Source: Erysipelothrix inopinata (GTDB lineage: Bacteria > Bacillota_I > Bacilli_A > Erysipelotrichales > Erysipelotrichaceae). Taken from it: a stretch of 32,000 nt of DNA. Below are positions 10,901 through 16,947 of this stretch, in pieces. Under the pieces are notes generated by a model. The model was not told where the DNA came from. It searched no databases and saw only the letters and a list, made by a program, of their open reading frames with translations. Location: NCBI RefSeq assembly GCF_014396165.1, contig NZ_CP060715.1, positions 540,001-572,000 on the forward strand. Direction: 5' to 3'. The translations under genes and the position numbers were made by a program. Position 1 is the stretch's first letter. Each line of letters starts with the position of its first letter.

Positions 10901-13900
10901 TCACGAACAATTATTTCATTACCTGTAATTTTTAGTTTTGTATTATCATACTTCAATAATCCAACATTCAACGATTTTGATGATTGGTTTGCTGGATCAA
11001 CTTGAGCAAGTTTACCAACCGAAGATCCTTTATTAGGAACTGCAGAACCAATTTCAACACCTACTTGTTTGTTAGGATATGTAAAGTATTTATACTGTTT
11101 ATTAGCATCAGTAAAATCGATTTCATATTTATCAGATGGTAAATCACTAAATGAATATGAGCCATCTGCTAAAGTAGTTGTTTTGTAGATAACACCTTTA
11201 CTACTCTTAAGTTTTACTTCTACGTTTGCTAAATAATCCTCACCAGAATTCCACTTACCATCGTAGTTAGCATCAACGAACACACGTCCTTGAACTGATC
11301 CAATGGATAGATAAGAACCTGCTGATTTACCTTTAGTCCAACCTGAAGTACCTGCTCCCGACACTTTAAAGTAAGGGTTAAATGCTAATAAAGCATCAAG
11401 TTTTTCTGGTTTAGATGTGATTGTTCCACTTGTTTCATCAATAGAGTATTTAACAACTAAGGTTGCTTTTTCTCCATTAGGAACATCTCCACTTGTCATG
11501 ATTCTCATCATTGATGTTGTCCCTGTAAATTGATTTGTATAATTTGCAGTCTCATAGTTCGCTGCATTTTCTGGGCTAATGGATGCAAAGTCTACTTTAT
11601 AGAAAGGTGCTCTAGCTCCTGTAACATCAAGTCCATCTTTGTTTTCAACAGTAACTTTATAACTATCTATCTTTAGATTCCATGGGAATTTTTCCTTTTG
11701 GAAGTTCGAACCAAAGTTTACATTTTCACGTGGAACTGGAATATAACTAACAAAATCTCGGACAGTATCATCTGTTGCATTTTTTAGTGTGACATTATAG
11801 TTCATTTTGTCATTAACTGTAAATCCAACAGCAGTATCTTTTGTACCATCAAATTCTTGTTTGGTTGTTTCATCGTTCTTAGTAATATATGAATCTAAGA
11901 TTAATGCTTTATCACTCGTTACTTCTACTTTTCCGGATTGCATCGTAATCATTTGATTTGGTCTTCCAAAAAGATTCCCCACTGGAGTTCCATATCCGTA
12001 TGCAGGAGTCAAGTTCATTCCAGGAGCTTCTAAATACATAGTATTTGCAAAAGGTAATCCGTTTTGTTGCCCTTCTTCTGCTTTCATATCATATGTAAAA
12101 TAAATTCCCTTTGCAGATTGATCATAAAATCCACCTACATATCCAAGCATCTCGATTGCAATATACTGTATTCCATTAGTTCCAGTGACTTCAGAAACAT
12201 TTGATTGAATTGAACGTGTCGAAGTTCCGACTAATGTGAATGGATCACGAGTAACTTCTCCTATGACAAAATTACTGAAGGTAAATCCCGGAACTTTCTT
12301 AATGTACACTACTGGATTATCAATGTGTACATACGAACCGTATAAATAAGGAGAAGTATGAATTGCCATTCGGTATGTACCTTTTTCACCTGCTTTTAAA
12401 GTCATAGGTCCCGATTCAACATTGAATCGAGCAGATGTACTTAGCATTCCTTGATTCGTCATGTTTGTAGATGTGACCGAAACTTCTGATCCCGGCTCGA
12501 TTTCCCCTGCAAGATTAGTTGCATATGTTTTTAGTGTTACGGTTCCACTTAAATCTGTCTTTCCTTTAAAGTCTCCTATAACATATGCTGTTTCATCATA
12601 GGCAGCGCTAATATCCTTATTTGGCGATCCTGATGAAAAGTTCGCTGGAATATCTCCGATAAATGTTTTTGCGTATGTGATATACTCATCATTCGCAAGT
12701 CCTAACGTGTCCTTTCCAATACTTTGAACAAGACCACCTGTATTGGATGCTCTTCTGACTTTTATTTGTTCTGGTGTTGCTTGACGAGGTGTATTGTTTT
12801 TATTTGTTCGATATATAATTTTATACTTAGCTACATCAGAGTTTACCATAGGAAATCCCACTTCAACTGCATTATAATTATTCATTGTATATTCAATGTT
12901 TTGATCCGTCAACGATGTGTAAATATCAGTAGTTAATATAAACAATGGATTCTTTTGCTGCGCATGTTGTAAATCCTTAGGATTCATTTGCGCTGTTCTT
13001 TGCATAGCGGTAAACTTATTCATTTTTTCGGCTTTTGGTGTAACTTTGAAATTGAAAAATCTTCGTGAGTCATTCCCTAGTTCCACTTTTTCAGTTTTTC
13101 CTGAGATGAAATTTTTATACTCAGCATACATAGCTCCCGTTGCATTGTAATTTCCTTCAGGTATATTTGTCGTATTTAAATAAAACACTTGCCTTGATGT
13201 TTTAGAATCCGGACCAAAAATAGATCCCATTTTTCCTATTAGTGTATTGCTTTCCTTATCGAATGTCCAATATGTCTTATCATATTTAATATTTTCTTCT
13301 TTAACTACAGAAGGTAACGGAATGTAAAATACAAGATTACCATAATAGAAGTTTTTTGTTCCGAATCCATTGTTACGGTAAAGTAACGGCTCAACTTTAA
13401 TATCCGGACTGCTGTCTGCTTGCCCCTCTGCTGATGGTACCCAAAGCCAAACATTTCTTGCCGGATTATTCATTTTCACATTTTCTTTTACTTCACCAAC
13501 AGACTTTCCTCCAACTTCAGCCTTAGCAGAAATTGCATCCGTGATATCAATCTGAGTATTTGTACCCATATCATAAATATTAGTGTCAGACTCTATTTTG
13601 AAAGTGAATTCAACTGATTCTACGCCTTTATCTATTGGGACATATTGTACAGGACCGTTATAACTACCGTATTCTTGTCCTGTTGCTCTGGTAGATGACG
13701 AAATTAGATCGTTCTGAATTCCTTGCATTTCAATTTCTAAATTATTTTTTGGAGTTCCCTTAACCGGATATGAAACAAACTTTAATCCAGGTTTTATATT
13801 AAATGCCACCATTTTATTAGGACTGTCTTTATATGTAGAACCAAAGTTTACTTTTACAGTAATTGACTTAGTTTCAGGTACACCAAAAAATTGACTCGGA

Positions 13901-14640
13901 TTAAAATCATTACTTTCTATCGTAACAATTCCATCAGTCTTACTCCATTTTGTAGTGGCGTCATCTGCACTTAAGCTAAATGCACGTGCTTCTTCTACAG
14001 AGTCAGGTGATTTTTGTTCTGTAACTTCTTCTGTGATTGTTTTATTGTTGGTTTCATTCTTAGTTTCATTCTCAACAGGTTTTGCTTCTTCCTTTGGTTT
14101 AGGAAGTTCTATTCTGTTGACTGCATACTTAAAACGAACCTCTTCTTCACGAACGACAGGTTCTTTAGCTTCTGTAGATTTGGATTCCTCAGCTTTTGTA
14201 TCAGTAGCTTTTGATTCATCTACTTTAGCTTTTTCATCCTTAGCTTCTACTTTTTTATCTTTAGTAGTTTGTTCAGAAACTGTTTCAATTTTATATTTAA
14301 CTAAAAATTCATATTCCCCGTTTTCATTGATTTCATATGAATATTTATGACCTTTAGTTACCTTTTCAGGTTTTGGTTGTAATTTTTTATCTTTATCTAT
14401 AGTTTTTGATTCGTCTGGAAACGTAATCGACTCTACAGAAACCTTTTTATCTTTTGGAACAAGATCTATATCGAGTTTTCCCTCGGTATTATCTTGAGAA
14501 TATGTATCCTTAACATTTATCTTTACAAATTCATTACCGTAGTCTTTGAGTTCAGTACTTGCATATGATGCAGTAATTGTACCCATAGCTATGGCAATAG
14601 ATAATGTTAGGCTAAGTAACTTCTTCGATACCTTTTTCAT
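1945..14640 (-). CDS. giant LPXTG-anchored cell-wall surface protein / putative adhesin (4231 aa)
   Basis: One uninterrupted 12.7-kb ORF with ATG at 14640 and a purine-rich AGAGGGAAA just upstream. N to C it shows: a signal peptide; a K/E/T-rich linker; a ~900-aa non-repetitive head; an SdrD-B/Cna-B-like motif; a Big_2-like segment. About 30 modules of 80-95 aa follow, each ending in a LPT[TE]xGxHxVT[FY]-type signature. The C-terminus carries (GN)6, LPGTG, a hydrophobic stretch and an RKKKHEDA tail. Confidence 0.92.
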   Translation of the reverse strand: MKKVSKKLLSLTLSIAIAMGTITASYASTELKDYGNEFVKINVKDTYSQDNTEGKLDIDLVPKDKKVSVESITFPDESKTIDKDKKLQPKPEKVTKGHKYSYEINENGEYEFLVKYKIETVSEQTTKDKKVEAKDEKAKVDESKATDTKAEESKSTEAKEPVVREEEVRFKYAVNRIELPKPKEEAKPVENETKNETNNKTITEEVTEQKSPDSVEEARAFSLSADDATTKWSKTDGIVTIESNDFNPSQFFGVPETKSITVKVNFGSTYKDSPNKMVAFNIKPGLKFVSYPVKGTPKNNLEIEMQGIQNDLISSSTRATGQEYGSYNGPVQYVPIDKGVESVEFTFKIESDTNIYDMGTNTQIDITDAISAKAEVGGKSVGEVKENVKMNNPARNVWLWVPSAEGQADSSPDIKVEPLLYRNNGFGTKNFYYGNLVFYIPLPSVVKEENIKYDKTYWTFDKESNTLIGKMGSIFGPDSKTSRQVFYLNTTNIPEGNYNATGAMYAEYKNFISGKTEKVELGNDSRRFFNFKVTPKAEKMNKFTAMQRTAQMNPKDLQHAQQKNPLFILTTDIYTSLTDQNIEYTMNNYNAVEVGFPMVNSDVAKYKIIYRTNKNNTPRQATPEQIKVRRASNTGGLVQSIGKDTLGLANDEYITYAKTFIGDIPANFSSGSPNKDISAAYDETAYVIGDFKGKTDLSGTVTLKTYATNLAGEIEPGSEVSVTSTNMTNQGMLSTSARFNVESGPMTLKAGEKGTYRMAIHTSPYLYGSYVHIDNPVVYIKKVPGFTFSNFVIGEVTRDPFTLVGTSTRSIQSNVSEVTGTNGIQYIAIEMLGYVGGFYDQSAKGIYFTYDMKAEEGQQNGLPFANTMYLEAPGMNLTPAYGYGTPVGNLFGRPNQMITMQSGKVEVTSDKALILDSYITKNDETTKQEFDGTKDTAVGFTVNDKMNYNVTLKNATDDTVRDFVSYIPVPRENVNFGSNFQKEKFPWNLKIDSYKVTVENKDGLDVTGARAPFYKVDFASISPENAANYETANYTNQFTGTTSMMRIMTSGDVPNGEKATLVVKYSIDETSGTITSKPEKLDALLAFNPYFKVSGAGTSGWTKGKSAGSYLSIGSVQGRVFVDANYDGKWNSGEDYLANVEVKLKSSKGVIYKTTTLADGSYSFSDLPSDKYEIDFTDANKQYKYFTYPNKQVGVEIGSAVPNKGSSVGKLAQVDPANQSSKSLNVGLLKYDNTKLKITGNEIIVREKNEQTPGTEYKFIPSFSDANYAEKLQQTGYPTYRVEDQSLATVSSDGTVTGVKAGITNLVVTTKDDFDNVIESKFKITVAKNDEPTVTFITGKESLDLNVNDNYDPADGVVIQRGSEIIPITDSRVKVTTYKAGTNETTTVNMAKAGMYKVKYEVTTDGGKASAERLVAVKDDTIIKTDNFYIQRVNYTISNADVPTDTAAKTNQVKTKGEVKAWSIQTKNEVPVRLDLGDYSKVAKDYTIKITPDLNGQTAEFTTLVASVYDGTVEKIGDYYVMSKHGYTTSKAVEKGTFTKNSAKDAISVTAKHVITGADKTSDVYIADPYSVTKTPGNYDVNIMITGVTGGPVKQKIHVLDKDNLVVGNNYVVASNDISYEQGVITGKTPAQIMADAAVKGYDRRTGAESATQMVGEKPADVANKIPYTVKFETTNEQSTLVPTKVTINPKSTNKPVVETTKDEITLNVVNAIDTANKITKSKVLADFGVTGKDTYGEAITDESAFTLTGMENVDITAIKKDGYIIKITVKDAQGKVSDVKSVVYKIDDTEKPKLDIENKKVVYNTTRVNPTKPTLEQLEASGIFGTITKSDNDNQSTPASMKLQSDNYTTVNYEAEGEYTIQVYITDKSGNKSDKINVIIKVKHFDVIDPTTGWASNASNFNAELSEVQTAAGIIAKGNVKVYDTKAGEDVLLSPTKYEVVSNKSSLPVGQNQNVQFSIKDRATGNTLGLLTRDVKGNVFNKIIDGYAILAQGFSANVDEVQTASNIISKGGVKIFDARDPKVDPVEINNPTIKVLLGETEVTKLDTGVKQQVTFAYADKPEVKETVSVNIYDKSNGQYGLIANKIVAQVEDVNTASKIVQKAGGKVYNVLTGEENIAQTSALTSTPTKLNAGLDQDVTISGSGLSKAVKADIYDSYNPETESGIIAKDLITIGLNAISEENILKLASVKGYIYTGDVRKEITDITKFEASPLPTVVGDNQVINYKLKETGVTTAKKINVVTTEIELNADKAIIMSVADAQATSSTDLVGKAHATATINGRAILPTVSDADVDTIKAVTKGQDTPITITVTAKDSVTGDIATPKSVDVYIVDKIDPVNKIGINAEDFTLATADVNRDNFITASKVKALDFSKLPNGDIEAIPSSAITINDAALNQVAGTRPVTFTAKTGNREAKTTVKGHIYNTIIGKIGMNGLPEFTIAKNNVTEENLMSGSQVTAWDLTDINDIVQIDQENIKVTKPTTLPTTAGTHPIEFTATLGSESAIFKSNAIVVNSNIKLTADKNIAIALEDLATLTESDFLDLAHATATLSGDSVTITMEAGKLDQLKALTAPNEAGINVTINAKATNSSDSTSQVTKVFVYNQVDSYGKLAINAHDFNIRLDNVTDQNMKNAAEVRGWDLQRLPEAAPVRISDASVTIKRGNEKEVGDRIVEFEAKIDGTRLVTREVNGSVVDFDPSQTEGIEAQNFKIALSELSNERIIEKSKATRVTIVKPGETVRDHNVTVLAPSPLPTTVGNYPVTLTTEAGTTRVVQMEVIKSNINLKADNEISINVETAKTLDHDKLLDLAHVTATHPMGATTAFDQAVIDQLNALTSGSSTVYELTVKATANDTVIPADTISKVIKVSVYDEIVGDYGINASPIVAKVADVNTKRKLINESAVKITRLSTKQPMQIFESNILFAQDNEEITLLKEGQNQKVTIIGTGFDNISIEINANVYDSYDPETGLGLSSKPFAAKIDDVKTEAQVVAQGKAMVFDAATATERPDLTVNTTDYPLSEGKKIVTYKHDKLQTTSKATIYSEYNPDKKEAINAFDFVIELEDVNETNVKKAAKVEAYEVDEDLVETPISIDDVTVSTLPTTTGAHNVTFTTPEGVSVTRVANVVDKIDPVTKIAFSGHDFDIEIEDVSEEQFATLSEVKAYDVSDVANNGMVALTPVLTTPLPTTAQVHPVTYKATVGERTSELTVKANVYIGINPETKEAMNAYDFVIELDDVNEANLKTEAKLEAYKLLGEGKRTKIDNADISVSPIPTEVGEMDITFTTPAGTKITVTANVVDTIDPVNKIAFSGHNFDIELEDVSVTEFATRSEVKAYDISDVPGAGMVELTPVLTTELPTTTGKHQVTYKATAGERVSTYSVEANVYDKIDPVTEEAMNAEDFVIELGNVSEANLKTGAKLEAYKLLGEGKREEIENADITVSPVPTKVGPTQITFTTPAGTTITVTANVVDKIINGIAFSGHNFDIEFEDVSAAEFATRSEVKAYDASDVANNGMVALTPVLTTELPTTTGTHPVTYKATVGERNAEFTISAYVYDKIDPVTEEAMSAQDFVIELDDVDEANLKTGAKLEAYKLLGEGKREEIEHADITVSPVPTEVGATDITFTTQAGTTITVTANVVDKIIDGIAFSGHDFDIELADVSAAEFATRSEVKAYDTSDVANNGMVSLTPVLITELPTTTGTHPVTYKATVGERNAEFTINAYVYDTIDPVTEEAMNAQNFVIELDEVNEANLKTGAKLEAYKLLGEGKREAIEHADISVSPIPTEVGATDITFTTQAGTTITVTANVVDEIDPVNKIAFSGHNFEVELKQVSKEKFAELSEIKAYDVSDVVNNGMVALTPELQTALPTLVGTHKVTYKAVAGDRSLDYTVKANVHDHINPETKEALNANAFSMKLSDVNEANVKAAAGLQGFKINADHSETPIDLKDISVSTLPTTVGEHDITFTTKAGTKITVKATIYNNGTVVPGKDAIFANDLTIAIDKVNADNVKKLANVSGVDLSVTPNEEIPMSDISVGELPTKPGKHTVEFSLKSGTSVEVTMIVTATYKVDGNDITMTSKEFNDAKQKGTLEREIIKRSDAEVIVVETGQKLDGVTVRFLEGTPSSVADGNSFKISLDKNIDSMFITREQGTKGLFAGTEDEQAVSTISKEITLSIKDSGTDDGNGNGNGNGNGNGNNGGKLPGTGLEATQSILLAGTMISLLGIIVVIIERKKKHEDA
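1948..2061 (-). other. sortase cell-wall sorting signal
   Basis: LPGTG (2047-2061), then the hydrophobic LEATQSILLAGTMISLLGIIVVII and the positively charged tail ERKKKHEDA. Confidence 0.85.
2071..2115 (-). repeat. Gly-Asn dipeptide repeat, (GN)6-GNNGG, immediately N-terminal to LPGTG
   Basis: Imperfect hexanucleotide periodicity ACC/GCC/TCC + ATT/GTT on the plus strand. It translates to DDGNGNGNGNGNGNNGGK. Confidence 0.85.
2725..5530 (-). repeat. in-frame tandem array of ~5.5 composite units (507-513 bp, i.e. 169-171 aa, each made of two alternating Ig-like modules A and B)
   Basis: The anchor string CTGAA(C/A)GTGTTGCGAATT recurs at 3651, 4158, 4665 and 5178, and a degenerate homolog of this position (CTGATAATTCAGCGAATT) at 3138 continues the series, giving spacings of 513, 507, 507 and 513. 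Two adjacent units differ at 16 of 169 aa by my manual count. The antisense shadow ORFs 3617-3997 and 4202-4525 are near copies of each other. Confidence 0.9.
10660..10890 (-). other. Big_2-like bacterial Ig domain inside the giant protein
   Basis: YRVEDQSLATVSSDGTVTGVKAGITNLVVTTKDDFDNVIESKFKITV matches the characteristic ...A-V-dG-VtgvkaG-t-i-v-t core. Confidence 0.5.
11107..11289 (-). other. SdrD-B / Cna-B-type domain inside the giant protein
   Basis: GRVFVDANYDGKWNSGEDYLANVEVKLKSSKGVIYKTTTLADGSYSFSDLPSDKYEIDFTD fits the G-V-DxNxDG...E-gv-V-L...T-DG-Y-F-L-G-Y pattern of these domains. Confidence 0.6.
14557..14640 (-). other. Sec signal peptide of the giant protein
   Basis: MKKVSKKLLSLTLSIAIAMGTITASYAS followed by TELK. 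It has a basic n-region, a hydrophobic core and an A-S-Y-A-S small-residue cleavage region. Confidence 0.7.
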
Positions 14641-14674
14641 TCATTTCCCTCTTTCTTTCATAACAAATATTACC

Positions 14675-14729
14675 TTAAGACAATTCTGTGCAAGAAGTAA
14701 CCAAATTCCTTCCACAGAATTGTCCTTAA
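14675..14729 (-). promoter_or_regulatory. large hairpin / inverted repeat in the 5' leader of the giant gene
   Basis: GACAATTCTGTG (14679-14690) and CACAGAATTGTC (14713-14724) are perfect complements with a 22-nt loop. TTAA/TTAA extends the stem to 16 bp with one bulged C. It ends 34 nt upstream of the ATG and does not cover the RBS. Confidence 0.5.
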
Positions 14730-14930
14730 TAAGACTTGTGTGTACGTGGGTTGCTAAGATTTAGATGACGTTTATCCAGATTCCACTAACTTCTATAATT
14801 TATTAGTTAGTAGATTTGTCATACTTAGTTATAGCAATCTATGTTACAAATCAGTAAATATTGAAGACTTCAAAACTAGATCTTTATCTCAAGTACGGAG
14901 ATTCCTTTGATTTAAAGAAGCTAAATAGTG

Positions 14931-15002
14931 AACAGAAATCTGTGATAATTACCAATTTCCCACTTGTCTCCATCTCTAATCTATCACAAATAATTTTCTG
15001 TT
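14931..15002. promoter_or_regulatory. second composite inverted repeat in the giant-gene/parB intergenic region
   Basis: AACAGAAA (14931-14938) pairs with TTTCTGTT (14995-15002). TGTGATA (14941-14947) pairs with TATCACA (14982-14988). The inner arms enclose 34 nt. Confidence 0.4.
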
Positions 15003-15102
15003 TAAGGCTTTGAAGAGTCATTTCACTCAAGTTTCATTTATATGAAGAAATGTGCATTAGAGCCCTATTTAAAGGCATTTGCGACATCTTTACAATTCAC
15101 TC

Positions 15103-15132
15103 ACTATAAGTTCACAAACATAATTTTGTAAA
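15103..15132 (-). promoter_or_regulatory. candidate sigma-A promoter for the giant gene (would give a ~450-nt leader)
   Basis: On the minus strand: TTTACA (15127-15132), 18 nt, TATAGT (15103-15108). A weaker alternative is ATGACA-17-ATTATA near 14793-14821. Neither is verified. Confidence 0.25.
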
Positions 15133-15225
15133 AAACGGAGTATAAAAATTTATGTTTCACAAGTACAGCTACTGTCTATGCGACTATCTGACATTTTAAC
15201 TTTCTAGGTTTCTAGGTGAAGACAC

Positions 15226-15252
15226 AAAAAAGCTTACACGCAATGTGTAAGC
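15226..15252 (-). terminator. Rho-independent terminator after parB
   Basis: Stem GCTTACAC (15232-15239) / GTGTAAGC (15245-15252) with a 5-nt loop. On the minus strand it is followed by TTTTTT (A6 at 15226-15231 on plus). It starts 36 nt after the parB stop. Confidence 0.8.
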
Positions 15253-15287
15253 TGTCTTTACATTTGAATTGATTTTCTTTACAAATT

Positions 15288-16151
15288 TTAGTCGATTAAA
15301 TCTAAAGCTTCTAAAATTCGATTAAGATCATCATCGTCACTAAATGAAATTGTGACTTTATGATTATCGACCGCGACTCTCGTCTGTAACTTTGTCTCGA
15401 AAAGTTTACGAGCATAATCATAATCTTTGTTTGGTTTCGCAGTTTCTGGTTTTGGTTTCTCTTCCTGATTTACAAGTTTCTCCGCTTCACGAACTGAAAG
15501 TTTGCGATCATACATTTCTTGAGCCAGTCTTTCGATTTCTTTGGGATTGTCGAGTGTTACCAATGGTCGAACATGTCCCATCGTAAGTTGGTTCGAACTG
15601 ACCATTTCTTGAACTGAACGTGGAAGTTTTAATAAACGGAGTAAGTTAGTGATATGGCTTCGTGATTTACTAACGCGTTTGGAGACTTCTTCTTGAGTTA
15701 AGCCAAGTTTGTCAATTAACGATGCATAAGCCATCGCTTCTTCAATAACATTTAAATCTTCACGTTGAACGTTTTCAATAACAGCGATTTCCATCATTTG
15801 TGCATCGTCAAAGTCTACAACGATACTTGCAATCTCTTTAAGTTTTGCTTTCTTGGATGCTCTGAGTCGACGTTCACCAGCAATTAGTTCATACCCTTTT
15901 GAGGTTTCTCTTACAAGAATTGGTGTGAAGAGACCATGAGTAGCAATTGATTGTGCTAGCTCATCCAATTTATCATCATCAAAGTGACGACGTGGTTGGT
16001 AGGGGTTTGTACGAATATCTTTAATCTTTAAAGTCGTTTTAACGCCACCATATTGTTGGTTTTCACCTTGTTGAATATCTTCAAGAACATTAGAAACATC
16101 TTCACCAAAAATAGCACCTAAGCCTCTGCCTAAACGGTTATTATCAGCCAT
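15288..16151 (-). CDS. parB: chromosome partitioning protein ParB/Spo0J
   Basis: N-terminal LGRGLGAI ParA-interaction motif, GERRLRA arginine patch (CTP/ParB box), an HTH region, and its position immediately after parA. Confidence 0.9.
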   Translation of the reverse strand: MADNNRLGRGLGAIFGEDVSNVLEDIQQGENQQYGGVKTTLKIKDIRTNPYQPRRHFDDDKLDELAQSIATHGLFTPILVRETSKGYELIAGERRLRASKKAKLKEIASIVVDFDDAQMMEIAVIENVQREDLNVIEEAMAYASLIDKLGLTQEEVSKRVSKSRSHITNLLRLLKLPRSVQEMVSSNQLTMGHVRPLVTLDNPKEIERLAQEMYDRKLSVREAEKLVNQEEKPKPETAKPNKDYDYARKLFETKLQTRVAVDNHKVTISFSDDDDLNRILEALDLID

Positions 16152-16153
16152 GA

Positions 16154-16933
16154 TTATTCACTCTCTTTCTTATACTTCGCTAAAACTTCTTTCGCAAGTG
16201 ATGCATAAGCTTTAGCCCCTTCAGATTTTAAATCATACTCAAATATTGTATTGCCTCGAGAGGGTGCTTCAGAAAGCTTAATATTTCGAGGTATATTGCT
16301 TTTGTACACTCTTTCTTTGAAGTATTTTCGAACTTCTTGTTGAACTTCAACACTGAGTCGTGTTCTTACATCAAACATTGTTAATAAAACACCTTCGATT
16401 TTTAAATCAGGATTAAATAATTTTTGAACTAAACGAATCGTTGAAAGTAACTGTGTAAGTCCTTCTAGCGCATAGTATTCACACTGTACGGGAATAATAA
16501 CTGAATCCGCTGCAGTAAGTGCGTTGGTATTCAAGAGTCCCAGTGAAGGTGGACAGTCAATGATTATAAAATCATACTGATCCTTTACTTTTGATAGTTT
16601 GTTTTTCAACAATCTTTCACGACCAATTTTAAACTCTACCATTTCTAAATCTGCACCCGCTAGTTCAATTGTCGCTGGGATAAGATCCATTGGTGGTGTC
16701 GAGAGACTTAATTTTACGTCATCAACTTCTTTATCTGTAAGAATTAAATCGTAGGTGCTCTCTTTAATAGCCATGCGATTTGCTCCAACACCTTGTGAAG
16801 CATTCCCTTGGGGATCCAAGTCAATTAAGAGAACTTTTTGGCCCAAATATGCCAAACCTGCAGATAAGTTAATACTTGTTGTGGTCTTACCTACACCACC
16901 TTTTTGATTTGCAACAGCAATTATCTTCCCCAT
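16154..16933 (-). CDS. parA: chromosome partitioning ATPase ParA/Soj
   Basis: Deviant Walker A NQKGGVGKTTT, IIIDCPPSLG Walker B region, a 259-aa size typical of Soj, and adjacency to parB. Confidence 0.92.
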   Translation of the reverse strand: MGKIIAVANQKGGVGKTTTSINLSAGLAYLGQKVLLIDLDPQGNASQGVGANRMAIKESTYDLILTDKEVDDVKLSLSTPPMDLIPATIELAGADLEMVEFKIGRERLLKNKLSKVKDQYDFIIIDCPPSLGLLNTNALTAADSVIIPVQCEYYALEGLTQLLSTIRLVQKLFNPDLKIEGVLLTMFDVRTRLSVEVQQEVRKYFKERVYKSNIPRNIKLSEAPSRGNTIFEYDLKSEGAKAYASLAKEVLAKYKKESE

Positions 16934-16947
16934 TGACTCACATCCTT

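Noticed and set aside
1976-14764. Many plus-strand ORFs of 60-146 aa inside the giant gene (e.g. 3617-3997, 4202-4525, 4805-5017, 9344-9784, 13955-14350), some resembling each other.
   Set aside because: They are antisense shadow ORFs of a long, compositionally biased minus-strand gene. Their mutual similarity only reflects the 507-bp tandem units. They have no RBS and low-complexity S/T/V/A-rich translations.
14772-14780. DnaA-box-like TTATCCAGA in the long intergenic region (and GAATCCACA at about 1362).
   Set aside because: These are single, mismatched copies with no cluster and no adjacent AT-rich unwinding element or dnaA gene. That is not enough to call oriC.
15153-15168. parS-like sequence TGTTTCACAAGTACAG next to parB.
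   Set aside because: Only the left half matches the TGTTNCACGTGNAACA consensus. The right half matches at 2 of 8 positions.
15152-15199. Micro-ORF MFHKYSYCLCDYLTF after a GGAG (and a 29-aa ORF starting at 15043) in the parB/adhesin intergenic region.
   Set aside because: RBS spacing is about 12 nt for the first and there is no RBS for the second. They are very short with no supporting features, so they are likely chance ORFs in AT-rich DNA.
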